Shown here: piece after piece, positions 10,209 through 20,998 of the stretch
Layout of the letters: every line of letters starts with the position of its first letter
How positions within the stretch are numbered: the first letter of the stretch is position 1
Assembly (NCBI GenBank): GCA_963816355.1
Contig: CAWFKH010000003.1
Location: 1,184,001-1,248,000 of the forward strand
Source: an uncultured Gemmatimonadales bacterium
GTDB lineage: Bacteria > Gemmatimonadota > Gemmatimonadetes > Longimicrobiales > RSA9
Length of the DNA stretch: 64,000 nucleotides
Direction of reading: 5' to 3'
The notes under the pieces: model-generated
Told to the model about the DNA's origin: nothing
Seen by the model: the letters and a program-made list of their open reading frames with translations, nothing else
Database searches by the model: none
Made by a program: the position numbers and the translations under genes

Positions 10209-11076
10209 ATGTCCGGAGTCGTCCTGGATGGGAAGGCGCTCGCGCGCGAGATCGAGGCGCAGCTCGCCAGCCGCGTCGAGCGCCTGAAGGCACGGAACGG
10301 GGGCCGCACGCCGATCCTCGCGACCATCCTGGTCGGGCGAGGACCCCGCCTCCGCCACCTACGTCCGCATGAAGGGCAACGCCTGCCGCCGCGTCGGCAT
10401 GGACTCGCGCCAGGTGCTGCTCCCCGAGGCGACCACCACCGCCGAGCTGCTCGCGGCGATCGACGCGCTCAACGCCGACCCGCACGTACACGGCATCCTG
10501 CTCCAGCACCCGGTCCCCGCCGGGATCGACGAGCGCGCCGCCTTCGACCGCATCGATCTCGCGAAGGACGTCGACGGCGTCACCGCCCTCGGCTTCGGCC
10601 GCATGAGCCTGGGCGAGAGCGCCTACGGCTCCGCCACGCCCGGCGGCATCATGCGGCTGCTGGAGCAGTACGAGATCTCCCTCTCCGGCTTGGACGCCGT
10701 CGTCGTCGGCCGCAGTCCGATCCTCGGCAAGCCGATGGCGATGATGCTCCTCAACGCCAACGCCACCGTCACCGTCTGCCACTCCCGCACCCGCGACCTG
10801 CCGGAGAAGGTCCGCCGCGCCGATCTCGTGGTGGGCGCCCTCGGCCGGCCGGAGTTCATCCGCGGCGAATGGATCCGCGACGGCGCCGTCGTCGTCGACG
10901 CCGGCTACCATCCCGGCGGCATCGGCGATGTCGAGCTGGACGCGGTCAGGGAGCGCGTCGCCGCCTTTACGCCGGTCCCCGGCGGCGTCGGTCCCATGAC
11001 GATCGCCACCCTCATCGCGCAGACGGTGGAGGCGGCGGAGAAGGCGGCGGAGAAGGCCACCGAAGAGGGGAACTGA
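10209..11076 (+). CDS. folD: Methylenetetrahydrofolate dehydrogenase/cyclohydrolase, apparent +1 frameshift at GGG 10335-10337
   Basis: [12 protein letters not shown]...ATILVG joins [12 protein letters not shown] when one G is removed. [14 protein letters not shown] and [11 protein letters not shown] motifs. Confidence 0.93.
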
Positions 11077-11078
11077 AG

Positions 11079-11161
11079 TGCCGGGGGCGGGGGTCGAACC
11101 CGCACGGGCCGAAGCCCGGGAGATTTTGAGTCTCCTGCGTCTGCCGTTCCGCCACCCCGGC
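11079..11161 (-). tRNA. tRNA-Leu(CAA)
   Basis: Acceptor GCCGGGG/CCCCGGC-A, anticodon arm GGAGA-CTCAAAA-TCTCC, long variable arm, GGTTCGAC T-loop. CCA is not encoded. Confidence 0.95.
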
Positions 11162-11265
11162 CGGTGCGGCCGAATGATAACCCACACGGGCGAGGGGTTC
11201 CAGAACCGGGTCGGCGGTCGCGTCGCGCGGCCACTGACCGGACGGGTCTCCGCGCAACGGTCCCG

Positions 11266-12014
11266 CTACAGTCGCAGGAGCTGGCAGGCGTAGTAGGCGC
11301 GGCGGATGGCGAGCGCGAAATCGCCGGCGTCGATCGCTTCTTGCGCCCCGCGCAGCAGTCGCTCGGCGCGCCGCACTGACTCGTCCCCGTCGCGCGCCGA
11401 GCCGGCGGCGGACCGCGCATCGAGCGTGCCGTGCGCGTTCGCGATCAGGCGCTGCGCCACCGCCGCGGGGGTGGCGCGGTAGACGAGGTCCGCGGCGGCC
11501 ATCGTCGCCCCGATCTGGCCCGCGACGTCTCCGGCGGCCCGGCGCTGCGTCGCCGTCGCGAGATCCTCGCGCGCCTCCGAGAGCACGTCCCGGATGTCCG
11601 CCATGTCCGGCGAGGCGGTCGAGAGGCCGATGCCGACCCAGAAGGAGAGGCGGGAGGTGAACTCCTCGAGTGCCCGCTCCGTGAAGACGGACGCGAGCAC
11701 GGGCGCGGCAATGGCGCGCGCGCGCACCCGCTCCGCCTCGGCGGCCGCCGAATCGAGCTGCAGCGGCGCCGCGGCCCACGTAGCCAGCGCGTTCATCAGC
11801 CGCTCCCGCTGCGCCGCTCCGGGCGCCTGCGGCCCCGTCTCGCCCGAGCGCCCGCGTCACCAGCGTCGGCAGCGTGGGAAGCAGCGACTCGACGTTGAGC
11901 GCGGGCGCGGTCTCCTGCGTCGTGAAGATCGCGACCGGATCCTGCGCGTCCCCGCACGCGGCGCTCGCACCGAAGCGCGGCGGCGAGGAGGAAGGCGAGG
12001 CGCAGTCGTCGCAT
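11266..12014 (-). CDS. Hypothetical lipoprotein with two apparent +1 frameshifts (~11973 and ~11844)
   Basis: MRRLRLAFLLAAAL-GASAAC (lipobox) ...LVTRALG-ETGPQAPG...MNALATW. Removing two bases gives a 747-nt ORF. Confidence 0.65.
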
Positions 12015-12150
12015 CGAAGATCCCGTTGAAGACGTGGAAACCCCTGTATAGGAAGCTATTTCTGAGGCGTACGCCGGGCAAGCTCCCGGGGCCGCGGATG
12101 CGCCCCTCCGCACCCCGCTCCGACGCGCGCCGCGGGCGGGTCGGGCTCGC

Positions 12151-12198
12151 TTGACCCGCGGGCCGCCAGCGGTCTAGGTTGCCGGGTCGGACGTCCGA
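12151..12198 (+). promoter_or_regulatory. Putative sigma70 promoter (TTGACC-N18-TAGGTT) followed by palindrome TCGGACGTCCGA (candidate TetR operator)
   Basis: -35 at 12151, -10 at 12175, perfect 12-bp palindrome at 12187-12198 just upstream of the TetR gene. Confidence 0.5.
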
Positions 12199-12218
12199 AC
12201 GAGCGGCGCGGAGGCGGT

Positions 12219-12873
12219 GTGCCCGGAACACGAACGGCTTACGACGAGAAGCTCGAGCACATTCTGCGGGGAGCGGCGCAGGTCTTCGCGGCGAAGGGGT
12301 ACCACCAGGCGTCGATCCGGGACATCAGCCGCGAGACGGGGGTAAGCCTGTCGGGGCTGTACTATTACGTGGACAGCAAGGAGGCGTTGCTCTTCGAGAT
12401 CCAGCACCGCGCGTTCGAGACGGTGCTGGCGAGCGCGGCGGCGCGGCTGGATGGCGTGACGGACCCGGAGCGGCGGCTGCGCGTCTTCATCGAGAACCAC
12501 CTCGACTTCTTCCTGAGCAACATGGAGGAGATGAAGGTGCTCTCGCACGAGGCGGAGTCGCTGACCGGCGGGGCGCGTGAGCGGGTGCAGGCGGTGAAGC
12601 GGCGCTACACGGATCTGTGCGCGGGCCTGGTCGAGGCGGTGGCGCCGGGCGGGGCCGGTCGTCGATGGTCGCGTGGCGACCTTCTCGCTCTTCGGCATGA
12701 TGAACTGGATCTACAATTGGTACAGGCCGGGACGCGACGTTCCGGTCGCGGAGCTGGCGGCGGGGATGAGCCAGCTCTTTTTGCGGGGTCTGACGCGGAG
12801 CGGCGCGACGACGTCGTCCGCGGAGATCGACGGGGGCCGATCGGGGCCGGCGCGGCCACCGATCCGGCGATGA
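12219..12873 (+). CDS. TetR/AcrR family regulator (KstR2-like C-terminus), apparent +1 frameshift at ~12651-12654
   Basis: HTH segment GYHQASIRDIS...GLYYYVDSKEALL; C-terminal FGMMNWIYNWYRP lies in the shifted frame. Confidence 0.85.
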
Positions 12874-12907
12874 CATACACGCGCAGCTCGGGAATACGGA
12901 GGGACGA

Positions 12908-13735
12908 ATGGCGACGGCTGAAGCGGCGACGGAGCGGGAGACGGCGAGCCTGGTGCACTACGAGCGGCGCGGGGGCGTGGCGGTCCTCACGCTCGACGAC
13001 CCGCCCGCGAACACGTACACCTACGAGATGATGCGGCAACTGGACGAGGCGATCCTGCGGGGACGCATGGACGACGACGTCTACGTCCTGGTGCTGACCG
13101 GGAAGGGCGAGAAGTTCTTTTCGGCGGGGGCGAACATCCAGATGCTGCAGGAGGTGACGCCCACCTTCAAGTACTACTTCTGCCTGCACGCGAACGAGAC
13201 GCTGACGCGGCTGGAGCACACGCCCAAGCTGGTGATCGCGGCGTTGAACGGCCACACCGTGGGCGGCGGACTGGAGATCGCGATGGCCGCCGACATGCGG
13301 ATCGCGCGGCGCGGCGCGGGCAAGATCGGCCTGCCGGAGGTGAACCTGGGCGTGCTCCCGGGCACCGGCGGCACGCAGCGGCTCTGCCGCCTCGTCGGCA
13401 AGTCGAAGGCGATCGAGATGATGACGACCGGCGAGACGACCGATTTCGAGGAGGCGAAGCGGCTCGGCGTCGTCAACGACATCGTCGAGGCCGACTCCGG
13501 AGAGAGCTTCCTCGCGAAGGTGATCGAGTACGCCACGCAGTTCACGCCGCCGCACCGGGCGGCCAAGGCGGTGGGCCACATCAAGCGCTCGGTGCAGACC
13601 GGCTTCGATCTCGGGATGTCGGACGCGCTCGCCGTCGAGCGCGAGCTCCAGCAGCAGCTCTTCCAGAGTCAGGACGCGCGCGAGGGCCTCACCGCCTACA
13701 CGGAGAAGCGGCGGCCGGAGTTCAAGGGGAAGTAG
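12908..13735 (+). CDS. Enoyl-CoA hydratase/isomerase
   Basis: FFSAGAN, GGGLE and PEVNLGVLPGTGGTQRL crotonase motifs. Confidence 0.9.
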   Translation: MATAEAATERETASLVHYERRGGVAVLTLDDPPANTYTYEMMRQLDEAILRGRMDDDVYVLVLTGKGEKFFSAGANIQMLQEVTPTFKYYFCLHANETLTRLEHTPKLVIAALNGHTVGGGLEIAMAADMRIARRGAGKIGLPEVNLGVLPGTGGTQRLCRLVGKSKAIEMMTTGETTDFEEAKRLGVVNDIVEADSGESFLAKVIEYATQFTPPHRAAKAVGHIKRSVQTGFDLGMSDALAVERELQQQLFQSQDAREGLTAYTEKRRPEFKGK

Positions 13736-13741
13736 GCGTCG

Positions 13742-15214
13742 ATGGCGAGCACGCTGAAGGGGGTCGAGCGGCTCGCGCCCGACCGCCTCTTCATCGACGG
13801 CGAGTGGGTGGATGCCCGCTCCGGGGCCCGTATGCCCACGTTCCACCCCGCCGACGGCGAGCGCATCACGGACGTCGCGGAAGCGGGGCCGGACGACGTC
13901 GCCGCCGCGACCGCCGCCGCGCGCCGCGCCTTCGAGGGCGAATGGCGCACGCTCGACGCGGCCGACCGGGGCGCGCTGCTCTGGCGCATCGGCGACGCGA
14001 TCGCCGCGCGTGCGGACGAGCTGGCGAAGCTGGAGTCGCTCGACAACGGGAAGCCGCTGCGAGAGGCCCGGATCGACCTGCGCGAGGCGATCGACGCCTT
14101 CCACTACTACGCCGGCTGGGCCACCAAGATCGAGGGGGAGACGATCCCCGTGCGCGGCCACGTGCTCAACTACACGCTGCGCGAGCCGGTCGGTGTGGTC
14201 GGCGCGATCATCCCCTGGAACTTCCCTCTGCTGATGGCCGCGTGGAAGGTCGCGCCGGCGCTGGCGTGCGGGAACGCCGTCGTGCTCAAGCCGGCCGAGC
14301 AGACGCCTCTCTCCGCGCTCGAGCTCGCCGCGATCGCCCATGAGGCGGGGCTGCCCGCGGGCGTGCTGAACGTGCTCCCCGGCTACGGCGAGAGCGCCGG
14401 CGCGGCGCTCGTCCGCGACCCGCGGGTGGACAAGATCGCCTTCACCGGCTCGACCGCCGTCGGCCGCGTCATCATGCGGGAGGCGGCCGACACGCTCAAA
14501 CGCGTCTCGCTCGAGCTCGGGGGCAAGTCCCCGAACATCGTCTTCGAGGACGCCGACATCGACGCCGCGACCCGCGGTGCCTTCGCCGGCATCTTCTACA
14601 ACGCGGGTCAGTGCTGTACGGCCGGCTCACGGCTGCTGGTGCAGGCGTCGATCCGGGACGCGGTGCTCGAGAAGCTGGTCGAGCGCGCCGGCCGCGCCAG
14701 GCCCGGCGACCCGCTCGACCCGGGCACGCGCCTCGGACCGCTCGTCTCGCAGGAGCAGCTCGAGCGCGTCCTCGGCTACATCGAGACGGGCCGGGCGGAG
14801 GGCGCCGAGCTCCTCGTGGGCGGGGAGCGCCTCGCCTACGATGGCGCACAGAAGGGCTACTGGGTCGCGCCGACCGTGTTCGGCGGCGTGCGGCCGGAGC
14901 ACACGATCGCGCGCGAGGAGATCTTCGGCCCCGTGCTCTCGGTGCTCACCTTCGAGGACGAGGAGGAGGCGGTCTCGCTCGCGAACCGGTCCGTGTACGG
15001 GCTCGCCGCGGGCGTGTGGACGCAGGACGTGAAGCGTGCCCACCGCGTCGCCGCCCGCCTGGAGGCGGGCACCGTCTGGGTCAACACGTACCACCCGCTC
15101 GACGCCGCCTCGCCCTTCGGCGGCTACAAACAGTCGGGCTTCGGCCGCGAGCTCGGGAAGTACGCCATCGACCTCTACACGCAGGCGAAGAGCGTGTGGA
15201 TCGACCTGAGCTGA
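13742..15214 (+). CDS. NAD-dependent aldehyde dehydrogenase
   Basis: [18 protein letters not shown], catalytic GQCC, EEIFGP. Confidence 0.95.
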   Translation: MASTLKGVERLAPDRLFIDGEWVDARSGARMPTFHPADGERITDVAEAGPDDVAAATAAARRAFEGEWRTLDAADRGALLWRIGDAIAARADELAKLESLDNGKPLREARIDLREAIDAFHYYAGWATKIEGETIPVRGHVLNYTLREPVGVVGAIIPWNFPLLMAAWKVAPALACGNAVVLKPAEQTPLSALELAAIAHEAGLPAGVLNVLPGYGESAGAALVRDPRVDKIAFTGSTAVGRVIMREAADTLKRVSLELGGKSPNIVFEDADIDAATRGAFAGIFYNAGQCCTAGSRLLVQASIRDAVLEKLVERAGRARPGDPLDPGTRLGPLVSQEQLERVLGYIETGRAEGAELLVGGERLAYDGAQKGYWVAPTVFGGVRPEHTIAREEIFGPVLSVLTFEDEEEAVSLANRSVYGLAAGVWTQDVKRAHRVAARLEAGTVWVNTYHPLDAASPFGGYKQSGFGRELGKYAIDLYTQAKSVWIDLS

Positions 15215-15230
15215 CGACGCTTTGACGACG

Positions 15231-16433
15231 ATGACGCGGGAAGCCTGGATCGTCGACGCGGTCCGCACCCCCGTCGGCCGCCACGGCGGCGCCCTCGCCG
15301 CGGTGCGTGCGGACGATCTCGGCGCCGTGGCGGTGCGCGCGCTGCTGCGGCGCACGGGTCTCGACGCGGCGCTGGTCGAGGACGTCCTGATGGGCTGCGC
15401 CAACCAGGCGGGCGAGGACAACCGGAACGTGGCGCGCATGGCGGCGCTGTTGGCCGGAATGCCGGTCGACGTCCCCGGCCAGACGATCAACCGTCTCTGC
15501 GGCTCCGGGCTGCAGGCGGTCAACAGCGCGTTCCACGCGATCGCCGCTGGCGAAGGGGACGTCTTCGTGGCGGGCGGCGTGGAGTCGATGAGCCGTGCGC
15601 CGTACGTCATGCTGAAGCCAGAAACCGGCTATCCACGCGGCAACCCGGAGGTCGCCGACACCGTGCTCGGCTGGCGTTTCGTCAATCCCGCCTTCCCGGA
15701 CCGCTGGACCGTGGGCCTCGGGGAGACTGCGGAGGTGGTGGCGGAGGCCCACGGCGTGAGCCGCGAAGCGCAGGACGTCTTCGCGCTCGCCAGCCAACGC
15801 AAGGCGGCGGCGGCGCGGGACGCGGGGCGCTTCGTCGATGAGATCGAGCCGGTCGAGGTAGCGCAGCGGCGCGGGCCGCCGCGCGTCGTGGACGTGGACG
15901 AACATCCGCGTCCGGACACCACTCTGGATCAGCTCGCCGCGCTGCGCCCGGCGTTCCGCGCAGGCGGCACGGTGACGGCGGGCAACTCCTCGGGGCTGAA
16001 CGACGGCGCCGCCGCGCTCCTCGTGATCGAGGCGGGTCGCGCGCGCGAGCTGGGCCTGAAGCCGTTGGCGCGCGTGATCGCCTCGGCGGTGGCGGGCGTG
16101 GAGCCGGACCACATGGGGATGGGTCCCGTGCCGGCGGTGCGCAAGGCGATCGGGCGGGCGGGGATCGCGCTCGACGCCGTCGACCTGGTCGAGCTGAACG
16201 AGGCGTTCGCGGCGCAGTCGGTGGCGTGCATCCGCGAGCTGGGGCTCGAGGAGGCACGCGTGAACGTGAACGGGGGCGCGATCGCGCTGGGCCATCCGCT
16301 CGGCTGTTCCGGCGCCCGTATCCTCACCACTCTCCTGCACGAGCTGCGGCGGCGGGGCGGCGGCCTGGGTGTGGCGACGATGTGCATCGGCGTCGGCCAG
16401 GGCATCGCGACCGTCGTGGAGGCGATACCATGA
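15231..16433 (+). CDS. Thiolase, 3-oxoadipyl-CoA thiolase (PcaF/PaaJ)-like
   Basis: [40 protein letters not shown]. Confidence 0.9.
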   Translation: MTREAWIVDAVRTPVGRHGGALAAVRADDLGAVAVRALLRRTGLDAALVEDVLMGCANQAGEDNRNVARMAALLAGMPVDVPGQTINRLCGSGLQAVNSAFHAIAAGEGDVFVAGGVESMSRAPYVMLKPETGYPRGNPEVADTVLGWRFVNPAFPDRWTVGLGETAEVVAEAHGVSREAQDVFALASQRKAAAARDAGRFVDEIEPVEVAQRRGPPRVVDVDEHPRPDTTLDQLAALRPAFRAGGTVTAGNSSGLNDGAAALLVIEAGRARELGLKPLARVIASAVAGVEPDHMGMGPVPAVRKAIGRAGIALDAVDLVELNEAFAAQSVACIRELGLEEARVNVNGGAIALGHPLGCSGARILTTLLHELRRRGGGLGVATMCIGVGQGIATVVEAIP

Positions 16434-17263
16434 GCGCCAGAGCGGAACGCACGATGAATCGGCGCGAGCCGGGCGAGCGGGACAGCATCGTCGTAGAGCG
16501 CGACGGCGCCGTCGGCTGGATCCGCATCAACCGACCCGAGCGCCTGAACGCCTTCGCCGGTGACATGCGCGAGCGGCTGCTCGATGCGCTGCGCGTGCAC
16601 GAGCGCGACCGCGCGGTCCACTGCGTGGTGGTGATCGGCGCCGGCCGCGCCTTCTCCACCGGCGGCGACATCCGCTACATGGCGGAGCTGGTTGAAGCGG
16701 AGGACGCGGCGGCCTTCGAGAAGCTGGTGCGTGCGGGCGCGGACGTCGTGACGCAGATCGACGGCATGTCGACGCCCGTCATCGCGGCGATCAACGGCCC
16801 CGCCGCGGGGGCGGGCGCCTGTCTCGCTCTCGCCTGCGACATCCGCCTGGCGAGCGAGACCGCCTCGATCGGCCTCACCTTCGCGCGCGTCGGACTGCAC
16901 GCCGACTGGGGCGGCACCTATTTCCTGCCCCGGCTCTGCGGCCCCGCGCTCGCCGCCGAGCTGCTGCTCACCGGCGGCATGATCTCGGCCGAGCGCGCCG
17001 AGCGCGTCGGACTGGTGAATCGCGTCGTTCCCGCCGACGACCTCGAGAACGCCGCCCGCGTCCTGGCCGGTCAGATCGCCGCGGGCCCCGCAGAGACGCT
17101 CGCGGCCACGAAGCGGGCGCTCCGCCGGAGCCTCAACGCTCCGCTGGGCGAGATCCTCGAGATGGAGACGCAGGCCCAGCTCGCCGCGTTCCGCTCGCCC
17201 GACTTCCGCGAAGGGATCACCGCGTTCATCCAGAAGCGGACCCCGCGCTTCGGCCACGAGTGA
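16430..17263 (+). CDS. Enoyl-CoA isomerase, PaaG-like
   Basis: Crotonase fold lacking the catalytic Glu pair ([17 protein letters not shown] with Asp), as in PaaG-type isomerases. Confidence 0.8.
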   Translation: MSARAERTMNRREPGERDSIVVERDGAVGWIRINRPERLNAFAGDMRERLLDALRVHERDRAVHCVVVIGAGRAFSTGGDIRYMAELVEAEDAAAFEKLVRAGADVVTQIDGMSTPVIAAINGPAAGAGACLALACDIRLASETASIGLTFARVGLHADWGGTYFLPRLCGPALAAELLLTGGMISAERAERVGLVNRVVPADDLENAARVLAGQIAAGPAETLAATKRALRRSLNAPLGEILEMETQAQLAAFRSPDFREGITAFIQKRTPRFGHE

Positions 17264-18123
17264 CGATGGAGTTCGAGCGGGTCGCGGTGATCGGCGCCGG
17301 CACGATGGGACACGGCATCGCGCAGGTCGCCGCGCTCGCGGGCTCGCGCGTCCGCCTGGTCGACGTCGACGCGGACGTCCTCGCGCGCGCCGTCACCGCG
17401 ATCCACGCCGCGCTCGAGGGTGGCGTCGAGCGCGGCAAGCTCTCCGCCGGGCAGCGCGACGAGGCGCTGCAGCGGATCGAGACGTCGACCGATCCGGCCG
17501 CGGCCGTCGCCGACGCGGCCCTCGTGGTGGAAGCGGTTCCGGAGCGGCTGGATCTGAAGGAGCGTGTCTTCGCGGCGCTGGACGGCGCCGCCCCGCCGGC
17601 CGCGATCCTCGCGACGAACACGTCGAGCCTGAGCGTGACGCGGATCCAGACGGCGACGAAGCGGCCCGAACGCGTCGTCGGACTGCACTTCTTCAATCCG
17701 GTCCACATCATGAAGCTGGTCGAGGTCGTGCGCGGCGAAGCCACGTCACCGGCCACCGTGGAGGCGGCGACCCGCTTCGTGCGGCGCCTCGACAAGGAGC
17801 CGATCGTGGTCCGGGACTCGCCCGGCTTCGCCTCGTCCCGGCTCGGCATCGCGTTGGGACTGGAGGCGATGCGGATGGTCGAGGAGGGCGTGGCGGAGCC
17901 GGAGGCGATCGACCGCGCGATGGAGCTGGGCTACCGTCATCCGATGGGCCCGCTCCGCCTCACGGACCTCGTCGGGCTCGACGTGCGGCTCGGCATCGCG
18001 GAGTACCTGCACGAAACGCTCGGCTCCGACGTCTTCCGCCCGCCGGAGATCCTGCGCCGCATGGTCGCCGAAGGCCGCCTCGGCAGGAAGAGCGGCCGCG
18101 GCTTCTACGACTGGGAGGCGTGA
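17260..18123 (+). CDS. 3-hydroxyacyl-CoA dehydrogenase (PaaH/Hbd-like)
   Basis: [32 protein letters not shown]. Confidence 0.93.
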   Translation: MTMEFERVAVIGAGTMGHGIAQVAALAGSRVRLVDVDADVLARAVTAIHAALEGGVERGKLSAGQRDEALQRIETSTDPAAAVADAALVVEAVPERLDLKERVFAALDGAAPPAAILATNTSSLSVTRIQTATKRPERVVGLHFFNPVHIMKLVEVVRGEATSPATVEAATRFVRRLDKEPIVVRDSPGFASSRLGIALGLEAMRMVEEGVAEPEAIDRAMELGYRHPMGPLRLTDLVGLDVRLGIAEYLHETLGSDVFRPPEILRRMVAEGRLGRKSGRGFYDWEA

Positions 18124-18902
18124 TGGCGTTCGAATCGCTGCGCGTGCACCTGGAGGACCGCGTCGCCACCCTCGTCGTCGACCGCCCCGAGAAGCGGAAC
18201 GCGCTGAACGCGACCGTCCGCCGCGAGATCGTCGAGGCGCTGGCCCAGCTTCGCGCGGACGACGAGGCGCGCGTCGTCGTCTTCACCGGCGCCGGGGAGC
18301 GCGCTTTCATCGCCGGCGCCGACATCGGCGAGTTCGAAGGCCGCACGCCGGTCGAGCAGCGGAACGCGATGGCGCCACCCCGCGTGTACGACGAGATCGC
18401 CGCGTTCCCGAAACCGACGATCGCGATGATCAACGGCTACGCGCTCGGCGGCGGATGCGAGCTGGCGATCGCGTGCGACCTCCGGACGGCCGCGCGCTCC
18501 GCCCGCCTCGGCCAGCCGGAAGTCCAGCTCGGCCTGCTTCCGGGCGGCGGCGGCACGCAGCGCCTGCCCCGCCTCGTCGGCTTCGGACGCGCCGCACGCC
18601 TCGTCCTGACCGGCGAGATGATCGACGCCGAGGAGGCGGAGCGCATCGGGCTCGTGCAGTGGGTCTTCGACGACGACGCGCTGCGCGAGCGCACGCTCGA
18701 GATCGCCCGCGCCCTCGCCGCCCGCTCGCCCGTGGCGCTCGCCCTCGTCAAGGACGCGCTCCGCGCGGCCGCCGAGATGCCGCTGTCCGCCGGGCTCATG
18801 CACGAGCGGGAGCTCTTCGTGACCGCCTTCGCCAGCGAGGACCGCGGCGAAGGCGTGCGTGCGTTCCTGGAGAAGCGGCCGCCGGAGTTCCGGGGCCGCT
18901 GA
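18120..18902 (+). CDS. Enoyl-CoA hydratase (PaaF/crotonase-like)
   Basis: AFIAGADI, GGGCE, PEVQLGLLPGGGGTQRL. Confidence 0.92.
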   Translation: MMAFESLRVHLEDRVATLVVDRPEKRNALNATVRREIVEALAQLRADDEARVVVFTGAGERAFIAGADIGEFEGRTPVEQRNAMAPPRVYDEIAAFPKPTIAMINGYALGGGCELAIACDLRTAARSARLGQPEVQLGLLPGGGGTQRLPRLVGFGRAARLVLTGEMIDAEEAERIGLVQWVFDDDALRERTLEIARALAARSPVALALVKDALRAAAEMPLSAGLMHERELFVTAFASEDRGEGVRAFLEKRPPEFRGR

Positions 18903-18912
18903 GGAGGCCGCC

Positions 18913-19263
18913 ATGAGCAACGACCCGTTCGGCGGCGTCGAGCCGCCGCGGCGCGTCAACCCCTTCGGCGACGCGGAGCCGCCTCGGCGCGCCAGTCCGT
19001 TCGGCGGCGACGACCCGGACGAAGGGCTGCCCGACGCCACGGGCCGCGTCGAGCACGCCGCGCGCAAGATCCGGCGCCTGCGCACGCAGCTTGGCGCGGA
19101 GGGACTGACGCTGGCGGCGATGCGGGAGCTGATCGACGAGATCGCCGCCGGCCTGGACGGCGCCGCGCGGGCGCTGCGCGCCCTCGAAGGGCGCGGGGCG
19201 GCGGGCGGCGGCGAGGGGCCGCCGCGGCCGGACGGGCCGGGCAGCCCGGAGTCGATCGAATGA
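18913..19263 (+). CDS. Small hypothetical protein with 12-aa xPFG repeats and a helical hairpin
   Basis: GAGGAGG RBS; DPFGGVEPPRRV-NPFGDAEPPRRA-SPFGG. Confidence 0.65.
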   Translation: MSNDPFGGVEPPRRVNPFGDAEPPRRASPFGGDDPDEGLPDATGRVEHAARKIRRLRTQLGAEGLTLAAMRELIDEIAAGLDGAARALRALEGRGAAGGGEGPPRPDGPGSPESIE

Positions 19264-19493
19264 GGACGCGGGCCGGGAAGTTCCTGTTCTGGAGCTTTCT
19301 GCTGCTGTACGCTGTCGCCCTCACGTGGCCCGGGATGCTGCCCTTCGACCGTATCCACCCGCTGATCCTGGGGCTGCCGTTCGTCGTCGCGTGGGTGGCG
19401 GCGTGGGTGGCGGCGGGCGCGGTGGTCCTCTGGTGGGTCGACCGGATCGAGGCGCGCGCCCGCGCCGAGGCCCGCCAGCGAGAGCGAGGCTGA
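19260..19493 (+). CDS. Small membrane protein (DUF3311-like SSS accessory subunit)
   Basis: Two TM segments, PLILGLPF motif, directly upstream of an SSS gene. Confidence 0.75.
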   Translation: MRTRAGKFLFWSFLLLYAVALTWPGMLPFDRIHPLILGLPFVVAWVAAWVAAGAVVLWWVDRIEARARAEARQRERG

Positions 19494-19495
19494 AG

Positions 19496-20995
19496 ATGGA
19501 ACGGTGGCAGGTCATCGCCGGCGTCGTCGCGCTCTACCTGCTCGCGACGCTGCTCATCGGCCTCTTCGCCGGGCGCCGCGCCAGCCGGAGCGTTGGCGGC
19601 TACGTCGCGGCCGACCGCGGCTTCGGTCTGCTGCCGATGTACTTCGTCACCGGCGCCACCGTCTTCAGCGCGTTCGCCTTCCTCGGCGGCCCCGGCTGGG
19701 CCTATTCGCGCGGCGTGGCCGCGCTCTACATCCTGAGCTACGGCGTGCTCGGCATCGCGCCCTGGTACTTCGTGGGGCCGAAGGCGGGCGCGCTCGGCCG
19801 CGAGCACGGCTACGTGACGCAGGCGCAGCTCGTCGTGGGACGATTTCCGTCCCGAGCGCTCTCGGCGATGCTCGCCCTCGCATCGATCGCCGCGTTCGTG
19901 CCGTACGTCATGCTGCAGATGAGCGGGGCCGGGATCGTCTTCAGCGCCGTGACGGACGGCCACGTCTCCTTCGCGGCCGGGGCGGCGCTCGCCTATGGCG
20001 TGGTCGTGGTGTACGTGCTCGTCGGCGGCGTCTCGGCGGTCGGCTGGACGAACGTATTCCAGGGCGTCTTCATGCTCGCGGTCGCGTGGACGCTGGGCCT
20101 CTACATCCCCGCGCACCTGTACGGCGGCGTCGCTCCGATGTTCGAGCGGATCGCGACGAGCCGGCCGGAGCTGCTCCACGTTCCCGGGCTGGGCGCGAAC
20201 GGCGAGCCGTGGAGCTGGGGCGCCTACTCCAGCGCGGTCCTCGCCTCCGCGATCGGGTTCCTGATGTGGCCGCACCTCTTCATGAAGTCGTTCGTCGCGC
20301 GCAGCGATCAAGTGCTCCGCCGCACCGTCATCCTCTATCCGACATTCCAGCTCTTCCTGATCCCGGTCTTTCTCATCGGCTTCGCGGGCGTGCTCTACGG
20401 TCAGCCGCCGCGGCAGCCGGATTTCATCATGCCGCACATGATCCTCGGCACGGCGCTGCCGGCCGTCGTCGTCGGCGCCTTCTGCGCGGGCGCCCTCGCG
20501 GCGTCGATGTCGACCGGGGACGCCCTGCTCCACGCTGCGGCGTCGATCGGCATCGAGGACGGCGTGCGCCCCTTCGTGCGCCTCACGGACACGCAGCAGC
20601 GCTTCCTCATGCGGCTCCTCGTGCTCCTCGTGGGCGGCCTCGCCTACTACCTGGCGATCATCCAGAATCGCTCGCTCGTGTGGCTGCTCCTCACCGCCTA
20701 CGGCGTGATCGACCAGCTCGCGCCGCCGGTCTACGCGGCGCTCTACTGGAAACGTGCCACCACGCCCGGCATCATCCTCGGCTTCCTCGGCGGCATCGCG
20801 ACCACGCTCTTCTTCCTGAGCCGACCCGAGCTGAAGCCGTTCGGCATCCATGAGGGCGTGCTCGGCGTCATCGTCAACGTGGCGGTGCTCGTGGCGGTGA
20901 GCTACGCCACCGAGCCGCAGCCGCCCGAGCACATCGCTCGCTTCGTGGATGCGGACACGGACGACGTCGCAACGGAGCTCGCCTCCGCGCCCTGA
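19496..20995 (+). CDS. Sodium:solute symporter family protein
   Basis: ATVFSAFAFLGGPG, WTNVFQG, LAASMST; about 13 TM segments. Confidence 0.92.
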   Translation: MERWQVIAGVVALYLLATLLIGLFAGRRASRSVGGYVAADRGFGLLPMYFVTGATVFSAFAFLGGPGWAYSRGVAALYILSYGVLGIAPWYFVGPKAGALGREHGYVTQAQLVVGRFPSRALSAMLALASIAAFVPYVMLQMSGAGIVFSAVTDGHVSFAAGAALAYGVVVVYVLVGGVSAVGWTNVFQGVFMLAVAWTLGLYIPAHLYGGVAPMFERIATSRPELLHVPGLGANGEPWSWGAYSSAVLASAIGFLMWPHLFMKSFVARSDQVLRRTVILYPTFQLFLIPVFLIGFAGVLYGQPPRQPDFIMPHMILGTALPAVVVGAFCAGALAASMSTGDALLHAAASIGIEDGVRPFVRLTDTQQRFLMRLLVLLVGGLAYYLAIIQNRSLVWLLLTAYGVIDQLAPPVYAALYWKRATTPGIILGFLGGIATTLFFLSRPELKPFGIHEGVLGVIVNVAVLVAVSYATEPQPPEHIARFVDADTDDVATELASAP

Positions 20996-20998
20996 GCG

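Noticed and set aside
10209..11076. folD as a true pseudogene or programmed frameshift
   Set aside because: Both halves are fully conserved, there is no recognisable slippery site, and neighbouring genes show the same +1 pattern, so it is more likely an error.
11079..12014. tRNA-Leu as an integration site for an island
   Set aside because: No integrase and no duplicated tRNA 3' end were seen; folD abuts the tRNA 3' end directly.
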